A stretch of 64,000 nucleotides of DNA, taken from NCBI GenBank assembly GCA_964484195.1, contig CAZAER010000013.1:54361-118360 (forward strand), given 5' to 3'. Positions within the stretch are counted from its first letter, which is position 1, and the number at the start of each line of letters is the position of its first letter. The translations under genes and the position numbers were made by a program. The stretch is from an uncultured Bdellovibrionales bacterium. Its GTDB lineage: Bacteria; Myxococcota; XYA12-FULL-58-9; JALHOP01. Below the pieces are notes generated by a model. It worked only from the letters and a program-made list of their open reading frames with translations. It was not told the origin of the DNA and searched no databases. Below are positions 27,659 through 35,493 of the stretch, piece by piece.

Positions 27659-28366
27659 ATGTATCTTGCCAAGAATCCAAAGCTCATCGAGGCCTTCAAG
27701 AAGGGCGATCGCAAAGCGATGGATGAAATCTACCGGCACTATGCGCCGGGCGTGACGTCGTTCTTGCGCAAGGGATTCAGCTTTCGCAGCGCCACCGGCA
27801 ACTTCTACTTCAAGGGTATTCAAGACCCGAGTGAGCTGAAGTCGGCTGTCCAAGAGGTCTTCCGCCGCGCCTTCGAGGCCAAGGCGCGCAACTCGTACAA
27901 CGGCGCCTACTCGTTCACCAACTGGGTGCTCGCGATCTCGCGCAACATGGTGATCAACCAGTTCCGCAATCGCGAGATCGCGTTCAGCGAGTACATCTCG
28001 GGCTCCGACGAGCGCAGTCACCTCACGGTCCTCGACGACGAGGTCACCGAAGAGTTCACCGGTCTGCTCTACGGTCAGCCGTCTCCGTCGCAAGACACCA
28101 AGATGGAGACCACCGAGCTCAAGACGCTCATCGACAAGTTCATGGGCGAGCTCGACGAGCATGACCGCAGCCTGCTGGTGCTGCGCTTCGCCGAAGGCCG
28201 CGGCCAAGAAGAGACCGCCGAAGCCATCGGCAGCACCCGCATGAAAGTGCGCACCGCCGAATCACGCCTTCGCAGCCGGCTCCGCGCCTACCTCCGCAAC
28301 TCCGGCTACATCGATAACTTACCCCTCGGTAAGAAACCCGACGGCGAAGAAGACGAAGAGGGCTAG
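27659..28366 (+). CDS. ECF-like RNA polymerase sigma factor
   Basis: GDRKAMDEIYRHY, VQEVFRRA, FTNWVLAISRN (region 2); LRFAEGRGQEETAEAIG..VR (region 4). Confidence 0.85.
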   Translation: MYLAKNPKLIEAFKKGDRKAMDEIYRHYAPGVTSFLRKGFSFRSATGNFYFKGIQDPSELKSAVQEVFRRAFEAKARNSYNGAYSFTNWVLAISRNMVINQFRNREIAFSEYISGSDERSHLTVLDDEVTEEFTGLLYGQPSPSQDTKMETTELKTLIDKFMGELDEHDRSLLVLRFAEGRGQEETAEAIGSTRMKVRTAESRLRSRLRAYLRNSGYIDNLPLGKKPDGEEDEEG

Positions 28367-28378
28367 CGAAGCTAGCCC
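28360..28378 (+). terminator. Hairpin over the sigma factor stop codon
   Basis: GGGCTAGC-GAA-GCTAGCCC perfect stem, no U-tract. Confidence 0.3.
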
Positions 28379-28419
28379 AACAGGGTTCGCGGAGCCGGGA
28401 CACGAGGGTGGGCGCAGCC

Positions 28420-28545
28420 CACCCGCAGGCCCGCAAGGCGCAGCGAACCCGGTCGCCTCATTTCGCCCCTCGCCCTCCGCCCTTCGCCGGCACAGGCACC
28501 CGCAGGCCCGCAAGGCGCAGCGAACCCGGTCGCCTCATTTCGCCC
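28420..28545. repeat. Two identical 49-bp direct repeats (REP-like)
   Basis: cacccgcaggcccgcaaggcgcagcgaacccggtcgcctcatttcgccc at 28420-28468 and 28497-28545. Confidence 0.85.
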
Positions 28546-28679
28546 TCCCGACCGCCTCCCCGTCGGATCCGAATTCGACAACCCCACCCCCAGCAGTCCG
28601 ATAACGGATCCCGGTTCGTTTCCTTCTCTACGGGCTCCGTCTGCGTGGGCTACGCCGGCGGAATTGAAGGGCTAACAAA

Positions 28680-29354
28680 ATGCTGTCGATTCGACTCCCC
28701 CGGCTCTCCGGTGGCTTTCCCGCGGAACCTCGTCCACAGCCGATGCCCCCGCGGCGTCGTCCCGCTCCGCGCCCTGAACCCCGTCCCGCGCCCCGCCCGC
28801 AACCGCGTCCCCGTCCCACTAAGGGCGACGCCGAGCGCATCGAGCGCATGGAGCGCGCCACCGCCAAAGCGCACAGCGACATGGAAGCGGCCATGGGCCC
28901 CGTGCAGAACATGCGCTGGCAGCTCGAGCTCGGCGTGCATGCTTGGCAGCGTGGCATCCTGTCGCCGAAGTTCGGCCCCTATCTGCAAAAGCGGATCGAT
29001 GGTGTCAGCTTGGGCGGACTGCAGTCGGCCGCCGAAGAAGGCGCGTTTCAAGCGATCAAGGCGTACGAAGGCGCGCTCGGTAACCCGAACGGTGCGGTGT
29101 TCCGCGCCGCAATCGCCGCCATCGACAGCATCGCCGACGGCCGCTGCGCTCAGAAGAAGCAGGTCGACTTCGTGCAGCAAGGTCTGAACGCGCTGCTCAA
29201 GCAGAAGCCGTTCCCCGATCCCTGCCGCAGCGCCCCGGCCGAAGAAGAGCCTGGCCAGGAGCGCCAGGTCGCCGCCGAGGAGCATGTCGAGCAGCAAACC
29301 AGCGAGCACGTGTCGCAGCACACCCGCGTGCGCAGCGAGGAAGAGCGCGCTTAG
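28680..29354 (+). CDS. Hypothetical protein with Pro/Arg-rich N-terminus
   Basis: 224-aa ORF with (PxPR)n repeats then a helical domain; good codon bias. Confidence 0.6.
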   Translation: MLSIRLPRLSGGFPAEPRPQPMPPRRRPAPRPEPRPAPRPQPRPRPTKGDAERIERMERATAKAHSDMEAAMGPVQNMRWQLELGVHAWQRGILSPKFGPYLQKRIDGVSLGGLQSAAEEGAFQAIKAYEGALGNPNGAVFRAAIAAIDSIADGRCAQKKQVDFVQQGLNALLKQKPFPDPCRSAPAEEEPGQERQVAAEEHVEQQTSEHVSQHTRVRSEEERA

Positions 29355-29375
29355 CACCTCGCCGTTCAGCTGGGC

Positions 29376-30497
29376 TCAGATGTTCGGCTGAACGTAGACG
29401 TTGACCTTGGGTCTCGCGGTGTCCGTCAGCTCGACGCCGACGCCGTGGAGCGGAAAACGCTGCAGCACGCTGTTGTCGACGTGGAGCGCCGCGAAGAGCT
29501 CGCGCAGCGGCTCGCCGGGATAGCCCCAACGCTCGATCATGCTCACGACCTGCTCGCCATGCGCGGGACCCACGGTCTTGCCTTGGAAGAAGGTCGTCAC
29601 TTTGAGTGTCGTCGGTCCGCTACCGCGGATGGCGAACGCTACCTCGCAGTCGCTCGACGCGGCGTCGGATTCGGTGGCTTCCACGAGCTCGCGCGCGTGC
29701 TCGAGATGACCCTCGGCGATCCCGCGCTGGACGAGGTCATCCATGAAGCGCATGAGCTTCGTGCGTGGCGCATGCACGTACATCTTCACGCGGCCGTCTT
29801 CGTCGGCGAGATCCACTCCAAGCCCGGTGAACCGCGTCTCGCTGTTGTGCACGTAGAGAGCGTCGTAGATCAGCCCGTTGCGCTCGGCATCGCCGAGACC
29901 ACAGAGCTTGAGCACCCGCATGACCTTGTCGCGATGCGGCACCGAGGTGTCGAGTCGCGTGTTGAAGTAAAGCTTGAGCTCGACGTCGTCGCCGCGCGGC
30001 ACCACCCCGACGAGCAGCCCCTGAGCGAGAGCGGAAAACTCCGTGAGGCGGTCGAGGTTGGGAAAGACGGTGCGGAAGATGTCGGCGGTGAGCTCGGCGG
30101 ATGCATCGCCGCCGCCCGATTCGAGATGAAACTGCAACGTGCCGCGCAAGAGCGTCGTGAGCGCTTCGACGAGCGTGCTGCTGGCGCTCCCCTGCGTGAG
30201 ATAGGCAAAGCCACGCGGCCCGTCGCCAGCGAGCGTCAGCACCATCTCGATGATCGCGGGTAACCCGGACATGATCTGCTGCGCGATGCCGACGACCGGA
30301 TCTGCCGTCTTGCCATTCGTGCCATCGAAACGTTTGCCCAAGCGCTCGCGCACCAACCGGTAGCGCTCGATCTCGCGCTCGGCGTCGGTGCCACACATCC
30401 GCGATAGCGTACGAACGGCAGCTTCGCTGCGCGTCTCGTAGGTCGACAGCGTGTGTTTCGGCATCGCCTGCTCGATGAGGCGGGCGATTTGGCTCAC
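29376..30497 (-). CDS. Putative ABBA-fold aromatic prenyltransferase (DMATS-like)
   Basis: Repeated strand motifs ELKLYFN, GLGVDL..GRVKMYV, TLKVTTF, GVGVEL..PKVNVYVQP; the ORF is solid, the function tentative. Confidence 0.45.
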   Translation of the reverse strand: MSQIARLIEQAMPKHTLSTYETRSEAAVRTLSRMCGTDAEREIERYRLVRERLGKRFDGTNGKTADPVVGIAQQIMSGLPAIIEMVLTLAGDGPRGFAYLTQGSASSTLVEALTTLLRGTLQFHLESGGGDASAELTADIFRTVFPNLDRLTEFSALAQGLLVGVVPRGDDVELKLYFNTRLDTSVPHRDKVMRVLKLCGLGDAERNGLIYDALYVHNSETRFTGLGVDLADEDGRVKMYVHAPRTKLMRFMDDLVQRGIAEGHLEHARELVEATESDAASSDCEVAFAIRGSGPTTLKVTTFFQGKTVGPAHGEQVVSMIERWGYPGEPLRELFAALHVDNSVLQRFPLHGVGVELTDTARPKVNVYVQPNI

Positions 30498-32659
30498 TTG
30501 GACCGCGACATCGCGAGCAGCTGGACCATCTGATTGAAGAGTCCCTGCGCCTGCATGTAGTTCGAGCGAATGCGCGCATCCACTTCGGAGCCGCCGCGCT
30601 GCGCCGAGGAAATGAGCTCGGCGTTGATTTTCTCGAGCGCCGCACGCAGGTGCTCGGAGACGTTACCGACGAGGCCGGCGCCCGGCATCTTGAAGCCCGG
30701 CGACTCCTGTCCCTGACCTTGTCCTTGGCCTTGCCCCTGGCCGCGACCACGACCGCGTGCCTGCCCCGGCCGCCGTTGGCCGCCGGGAGGGGTGCTTTGA
30801 TCGCCCGACGTTGGCGTCGCGGTCGACGGGTCTGCAGCGGGATCGACGCCGTCGGCGGACGCGGGGCGCGGACCGCCATCAGGCGTTTGGCCAGGACGCG
30901 TTTGTCCGGAACGTGTTTGCCCCGGGCGCGTCTGCCCTGGCGTGGTCTGTCCCGGCGTCGTTTGGCCGGGACGTGCTTGTCGTGCTTGGCCGGGTTGATC
31001 CCCGGTGGCGCTATCGGCGCTCGGCATGGCGGCGGCCTGGTCCGCGGCGACGTCTCCGGTACGCTGGCCACCCGGATTTTGCTGGCCGCCAGGCCCTTGC
31101 GGACCCCCTTGTTGTTGCCCCTGTCCGTCTTGACCCTGTTGTCCCTGCGATTGGCCGGCTTGCATCGCGGCGTCCATGACGCCCTTCATCGCGTTGCCGA
31201 GCTTGAAGGCTTCTTCGGCGCGCTCGAACGCCTGGTTCATCTTCTCGATGGCGATCTTCGCCTTGATGCCTTCCTGCGCGAGCTTGTGCATGGCGTTGCG
31301 CAGCTCTTTCATCAAGCGGCGCGCCTCGGCCTCGTCCTTCTGGAACTGGAACATGAACTTCACGAAGAAGGCTTCCCAGTTGAAGTGCATGCCGTCCCAC
31401 GACGTCGTGGTGTCGAAGCCGCCACCATTGTTCACGAACGGTGGTGGATCGTCGGTGGTAACGTCGACGGCGCGGGTGGCGCGTCCGCCCGAGCGTGAGC
31501 CGCGCAGCGACAAGGTCGTGCCGCCGCTCGAGGTCTCGTTCGGCATGCGCGTCGCACCGCGTGTGCTGCGTCCGCCGACTGGTGCACCGACGTTGCCACC
31601 CGTGTTGCCAGGACGCGGCCCGGTGGGGACGGTGGGACCTGTGGGCGGTCCGGGGCGTGTCGGCACGGTCGAGCCAGTGGGCCCGGTCGGAGCCGGCGTG
31701 GGAGTCGGTGTCGCCGTCGAGCTCGCCAGTGTCTGCCCGAGCGGTGTGCGGGCCGATGCGTCGGTGGCTTTGGTGTTCGCGAGTACTGTCCGCCCGAGCG
31801 GAGTAGCGCCGCTGTGCTGCGGCGCTTTCGCTTGCTCGTCGCCGGTAGGCTCGCGCTTCTTCGATAGGTGCACGGTGTTGCTGGTCTGCGGCCGCGGCAC
31901 GTTCGGATCGCCTTCGCCCGGAGTAACTGGGCGCCCCGTTGGATCGCCAGGACGTTGCGGCTGCTCCTCACCAGCGGTCTGACCCGCGGCAGGGCGATTG
32001 ATGGTCGGGCGGTCAGGCCGATCGCCGGCGGTCGGGCGCCCCGTGGTCGGCCGATCGGTGGGCATGTCGCTCTCGGGCAACGGCCGTTGCGGTTGCTCTT
32101 CCGCGGAGCGTAGGGCCTGCTCCGGCGGCTGCGTCGGAGCGCGCGGCACCAGCGTCTCGGAGTAGTGCTCGACGGTGATGGGCGTCGCCTCGGCGGTGCC
32201 GGGCTTCAAGAAGCTGAAGATCTTCTCGAGAACGTTGCCCGCCGCTTCGGCGGTGATTGGTGCGTGGGTCGCCGGCGGCAGGATGGTCGGCGCGTGTGGA
32301 TCGCTGGTGACGAGCTGCCGCTGGTGACTATTGAGCCCGTCCGCCGTGTTCATCTCGCGCGGACGGCCGATGAGCGTGCCCTTGTCTTCGGTCTTCTGCG
32401 CCTGCAGCGACTCCTGCCCGCTCGTCTTGATGAACGTTTGCTGCGACTCGGTAGCCCGCTCCTGACGCTCGGCCCTTGCCTGCTTGCGCAGCACCATGGC
32501 GCGTAGCACGTCTTCATCGACAGCACGGCCGGTGCGGCTCTTGATGTGCTCGCCGAGCGCCTCGACCTGCTCGTCGAGCTTCGACTTTTTGACAGACCCG
32601 TCCTTGGCGACCCCTGTGGCCACCCCTTCTCCGGTACGGACGGTGATGTTGTCTGCCAT
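30494..32659 (-). CDS. Large low-complexity secreted-type protein with translocator-like amphipathic/coiled-coil core
   Basis: P/T/G/Q-rich regions; FNWEAFFVKFMFQFQK followed by coiled coil; GAGGAGG RBS. Confidence 0.55.
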   Translation of the reverse strand: MADNITVRTGEGVATGVAKDGSVKKSKLDEQVEALGEHIKSRTGRAVDEDVLRAMVLRKQARAERQERATESQQTFIKTSGQESLQAQKTEDKGTLIGRPREMNTADGLNSHQRQLVTSDPHAPTILPPATHAPITAEAAGNVLEKIFSFLKPGTAEATPITVEHYSETLVPRAPTQPPEQALRSAEEQPQRPLPESDMPTDRPTTGRPTAGDRPDRPTINRPAAGQTAGEEQPQRPGDPTGRPVTPGEGDPNVPRPQTSNTVHLSKKREPTGDEQAKAPQHSGATPLGRTVLANTKATDASARTPLGQTLASSTATPTPTPAPTGPTGSTVPTRPGPPTGPTVPTGPRPGNTGGNVGAPVGGRSTRGATRMPNETSSGGTTLSLRGSRSGGRATRAVDVTTDDPPPFVNNGGGFDTTTSWDGMHFNWEAFFVKFMFQFQKDEAEARRLMKELRNAMHKLAQEGIKAKIAIEKMNQAFERAEEAFKLGNAMKGVMDAAMQAGQSQGQQGQDGQGQQQGGPQGPGGQQNPGGQRTGDVAADQAAAMPSADSATGDQPGQARQARPGQTTPGQTTPGQTRPGQTRSGQTRPGQTPDGGPRPASADGVDPAADPSTATPTSGDQSTPPGGQRRPGQARGRGRGQGQGQGQGQGQESPGFKMPGAGLVGNVSEHLRAALEKINAELISSAQRGGSEVDARIRSNYMQAQGLFNQMVQLLAMSRSK
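30881..30994 (-). repeat. 15-bp coding tandem repeat (PGQT[T/R])n
   Basis: PGQARQARPGQTTPGQTTPGQTRPGQTRSGQTRPGQTP. Confidence 0.8.
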
Positions 32660-32722
32660 CCTCCTCGCCTCGCGCCGCTCTCGGCGCCGCTAGTGTCGGC
32701 TAGCGTGGCGACCTCACCAGCA

Positions 32723-33766
32723 CTAGGTGCGGGTGATCGTCGTCGTGATCTGAGTCTGACGTTCCGCGTGCTCGGTCAAGATCTTGATTGCCAGCTTCAG
32801 CACCTCGCGCGCCTCGTCGTAGTTCGACTTGGCGTTCTCGATGCCTTGCTCGAACACTTCCTGCATCAACTGGTGACGCATGATCTCGATCTTCTTGTCG
32901 TCCGCTTCGCGCTGCGGACCCGAGGTCTTGTTGATGTATTCGCCGAGGCTGTTGATGAGCTGGCCGAGCGCCGGGCCGATGGCCTGACCCACCGGACCCG
33001 CCATTGCGAGACCCATTTGGACGACTGCGGCCGCGATAGCGAACATGAGCTTCATCGCCGCGGCTTCGCGCTCGGCTTGAATCTGCTCTTCGGTCGCCTT
33101 GATCTCGTTCTTCTTCGACTCGACCTTGCCCTTTTGCATCAACGACTTGATTTTGGACGCGAGCTTCGTGTCGATGATGCCGGTCTTCGCCATGGTGGAC
33201 AGCGCCGTCCACATGAGCGCCGCGTCTTCGCTGCCGGTGCGGCTGACGTAATCGTCGAGACGCGACTCGAGCTCCGACGGCGAGCGAGTGCTGACGTTGG
33301 TGGCGCGCATCGCGCGACTTGCGCCACCGGTGGCTCCGATGGTGTTGATGTTGTTGGTCGCCGCGGTGGTGTTGGTTGCGCCGGTCGTGGAGCCGGCACG
33401 CAACGTCGACGTCGTGTTCTCGGGGAGCGTCGGTGGGCCACCGAAGTCGAGCGCGGCGTTCGCGTTCGTGTCACGTGCGTTGAAGCCGTCGCGCGATTGG
33501 ATGCCGCGGGAGGTGAGCTCGAGGCCACGCTCGGCGAGCACGCGGGTGGCACCAGTCGCGGTTTCGGCGCGGGCGGCGTTGAGCTGAATCTGCGCGCCGG
33601 TGCCATTGACGTTGGTCACCTTGCCTTTTTCGCCGGCGAGCGAGGCGCCGTCGACGACACCATCGCCGTCGGCATCGAGCGCGGAGATGCGATGTTTGCC
33701 GTCACGTCGAAGATCGATCGCGAGATTCGTGCTTAGGTTGCCGCTGATTGCCTGACTGCTGCTCAT
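32723..33766 (-). CDS. T3SS minor translocator-like protein (SctB/YopD/SseD-like)
   Basis: S/T-rich disordered N-terminus, coiled coil, hydrophobic MFAIAAAVVQMGLAMAGPVG, amphipathic C-terminal helix; downstream of SycD-like chaperone. Confidence 0.6.
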   Translation of the reverse strand: MSSSQAISGNLSTNLAIDLRRDGKHRISALDADGDGVVDGASLAGEKGKVTNVNGTGAQIQLNAARAETATGATRVLAERGLELTSRGIQSRDGFNARDTNANAALDFGGPPTLPENTTSTLRAGSTTGATNTTAATNNINTIGATGGASRAMRATNVSTRSPSELESRLDDYVSRTGSEDAALMWTALSTMAKTGIIDTKLASKIKSLMQKGKVESKKNEIKATEEQIQAEREAAAMKLMFAIAAAVVQMGLAMAGPVGQAIGPALGQLINSLGEYINKTSGPQREADDKKIEIMRHQLMQEVFEQGIENAKSNYDEAREVLKLAIKILTEHAERQTQITTTITRT

Positions 33767-33800
33767 CGTCTTTTCTCCACCGCTGTATTGCCACCCGGAA

Positions 33801-35273
33801 CTAACGAGCCATTGCCGCCGACATGAGCTGCTGGCGCGTCGAGAAGGACGCGTTCAGCATTTGGATCACCGACTCGATCATCTGGTTCTTGAGCTCCATG
33901 ATCGTGTTGATGATCTCGCCGGTCTCTTGCACCTGATTTTGGTGCTGATCACCCATGAGCTTCCAGCGCTCGGCGTTGTTCTTCTCTTCCTTGGCGTCCA
34001 AGATCTTCATCTGCGCTTCGTACTGTGCGACGGCTACGGCGATCTGCATGACACCGCTCAAGATCGCACCCAGCGGTCCCATGAATGCCGCGAAAATACC
34101 GATGATGCTCGCCATCTCGGCGTACTTCTCGACCTTGTCGGCGTACTTCTGCGCCTCGCGCATCATCTCTTGCGCGCGCTCGATCTTCTTCTTGGCTTCT
34201 TCGATGGCCTGCTGCCGCATCTCGCTCGCCAAGGTGTAGAGCTTGTGCTGCGTCTCGACGTTGGCGTTGGGGTCGTTGATGTTGAGCTTCATGAACTCGG
34301 CGAGCAGCTGGTCGGACGACAAGTTGCTCATGTCGACGAGGGTCAAGCGCGCGCTGCGCTCGCTCGCGTTGTTCAAGGCGCCGCTGCCGCGATTCTGGCG
34401 GCCGATCTCCTCGGGTCCAATCGAGATGCGATGCTGGCGCTCGCGCGCCGCGGGGTTCGACGGGCGAGTGAGAATGTTGCCGTTCGCCGTGCCGACGCCG
34501 TTACCGGTGTTGACGTGACCGGTGCCGTTGCCCGTGACTACCGGCTCAGCGAGCTCGCCACGCTCGGCCGCCTGCACGACATCGGCTGTCTGATCGATGA
34601 CGCGCTCGAGACCGCGCTCTTCGATCTGCTCTTCGTCGCGCGGGTCGAGCCCGGGGACCAGGCGCACGAGCACATTGCGGTTCGCTTCCGAGCGCGCTTC
34701 TTCGGTGGTGAGCACCCGTTGCTGCCCGTCGCCTTGCTGCTGCGAAGCCGCATCGCCACGCGGCAAGCGCATGTTGGGATCGAGCTGCAAGCGCACACCG
34801 GCGGGCATGGCGTTCAACGCCGCGGCGGTTTGCACCAGGTGATTGCCCACCGCGCGATCGATGTTCTGCGCGAAGCTCGCGGCGCTCTCCGACAGACGTG
34901 GCGTGAGCTCGATGCGCGGCGCGTTGACCTGAGCGAGCTGGAGCTCGTCGGTCTTGGGTTGCGTCTTCTCGACCCCGTCGGTCGCGGCGGTGACGCGCGC
35001 GCTGCTGCTGCGCGGCTGGACGCTGCTGGTGCTGTCGGCGTGCCCGGTGCTGCCGACGCCAGCCCGCTGGAGCAGACTCGTGAGACGCGCCGACTCGCTG
35101 AGCTCTTGGCCGGCTTCGATGTCGGAGTCGACGCGGCGTGTGTTGCGACGCGACTCGGTACGGCCGGTTTCGGCGTTGTCGTCGGCCTCGGTGCCGCCGC
35201 GCGAGCGCTTCGGGCCATTCAAGGTCGTCTGCACCTTGTTGCTGCCTTCGCGGTCTGGACGAATGACAACCAT
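33801..35273 (-). CDS. T3SS translocator-like protein, paralog of 35494-36978
   Basis: Coiled coil then hydrophobic hairpin ASIIGIFAAFMGPLGAILSGVMQIAVAV; shares LNINDPN block; start may be GTG 35234. Confidence 0.62.
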   Translation of the reverse strand: MVVIRPDREGSNKVQTTLNGPKRSRGGTEADDNAETGRTESRRNTRRVDSDIEAGQELSESARLTSLLQRAGVGSTGHADSTSSVQPRSSSARVTAATDGVEKTQPKTDELQLAQVNAPRIELTPRLSESAASFAQNIDRAVGNHLVQTAAALNAMPAGVRLQLDPNMRLPRGDAASQQQGDGQQRVLTTEEARSEANRNVLVRLVPGLDPRDEEQIEERGLERVIDQTADVVQAAERGELAEPVVTGNGTGHVNTGNGVGTANGNILTRPSNPAARERQHRISIGPEEIGRQNRGSGALNNASERSARLTLVDMSNLSSDQLLAEFMKLNINDPNANVETQHKLYTLASEMRQQAIEEAKKKIERAQEMMREAQKYADKVEKYAEMASIIGIFAAFMGPLGAILSGVMQIAVAVAQYEAQMKILDAKEEKNNAERWKLMGDQHQNQVQETGEIINTIMELKNQMIESVIQMLNASFSTRQQLMSAAMAR

Positions 35274-35433
35274 CTGCGGCCTCGGGCGTAAGGGGTCGTC
35301 GGACCCGAAAATCGCCTTATCTACACATACACTGCCCGCCTTTGGGCTGGTCGCGTTTGGGTGAGGCAAAACGCAAAAACTGCTCGGGCGCGCGTTTACA
35401 CGGGACCCATCGCGCCTGGTTTAGTTCCAGCGC

Positions 35434-35464
35434 AAAAAGAAGGGGCGTGCCTTCGCTGCCCCTC
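35434..35464 (-). terminator. Rho-independent terminator after the 35494-36978 gene
   Basis: Minus strand AGGGGC-11 nt-GCCCCT-TC-TTTTT. Confidence 0.6.
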
Positions 35465-35493
35465 TATTGAGCTAAAATCAGTCGATTTAAGGC

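Noticed and set aside
28420-28545. Possible mini CRISPR array
   Set aside because: Only two 49-bp units with one 28-bp gap and no cas genes
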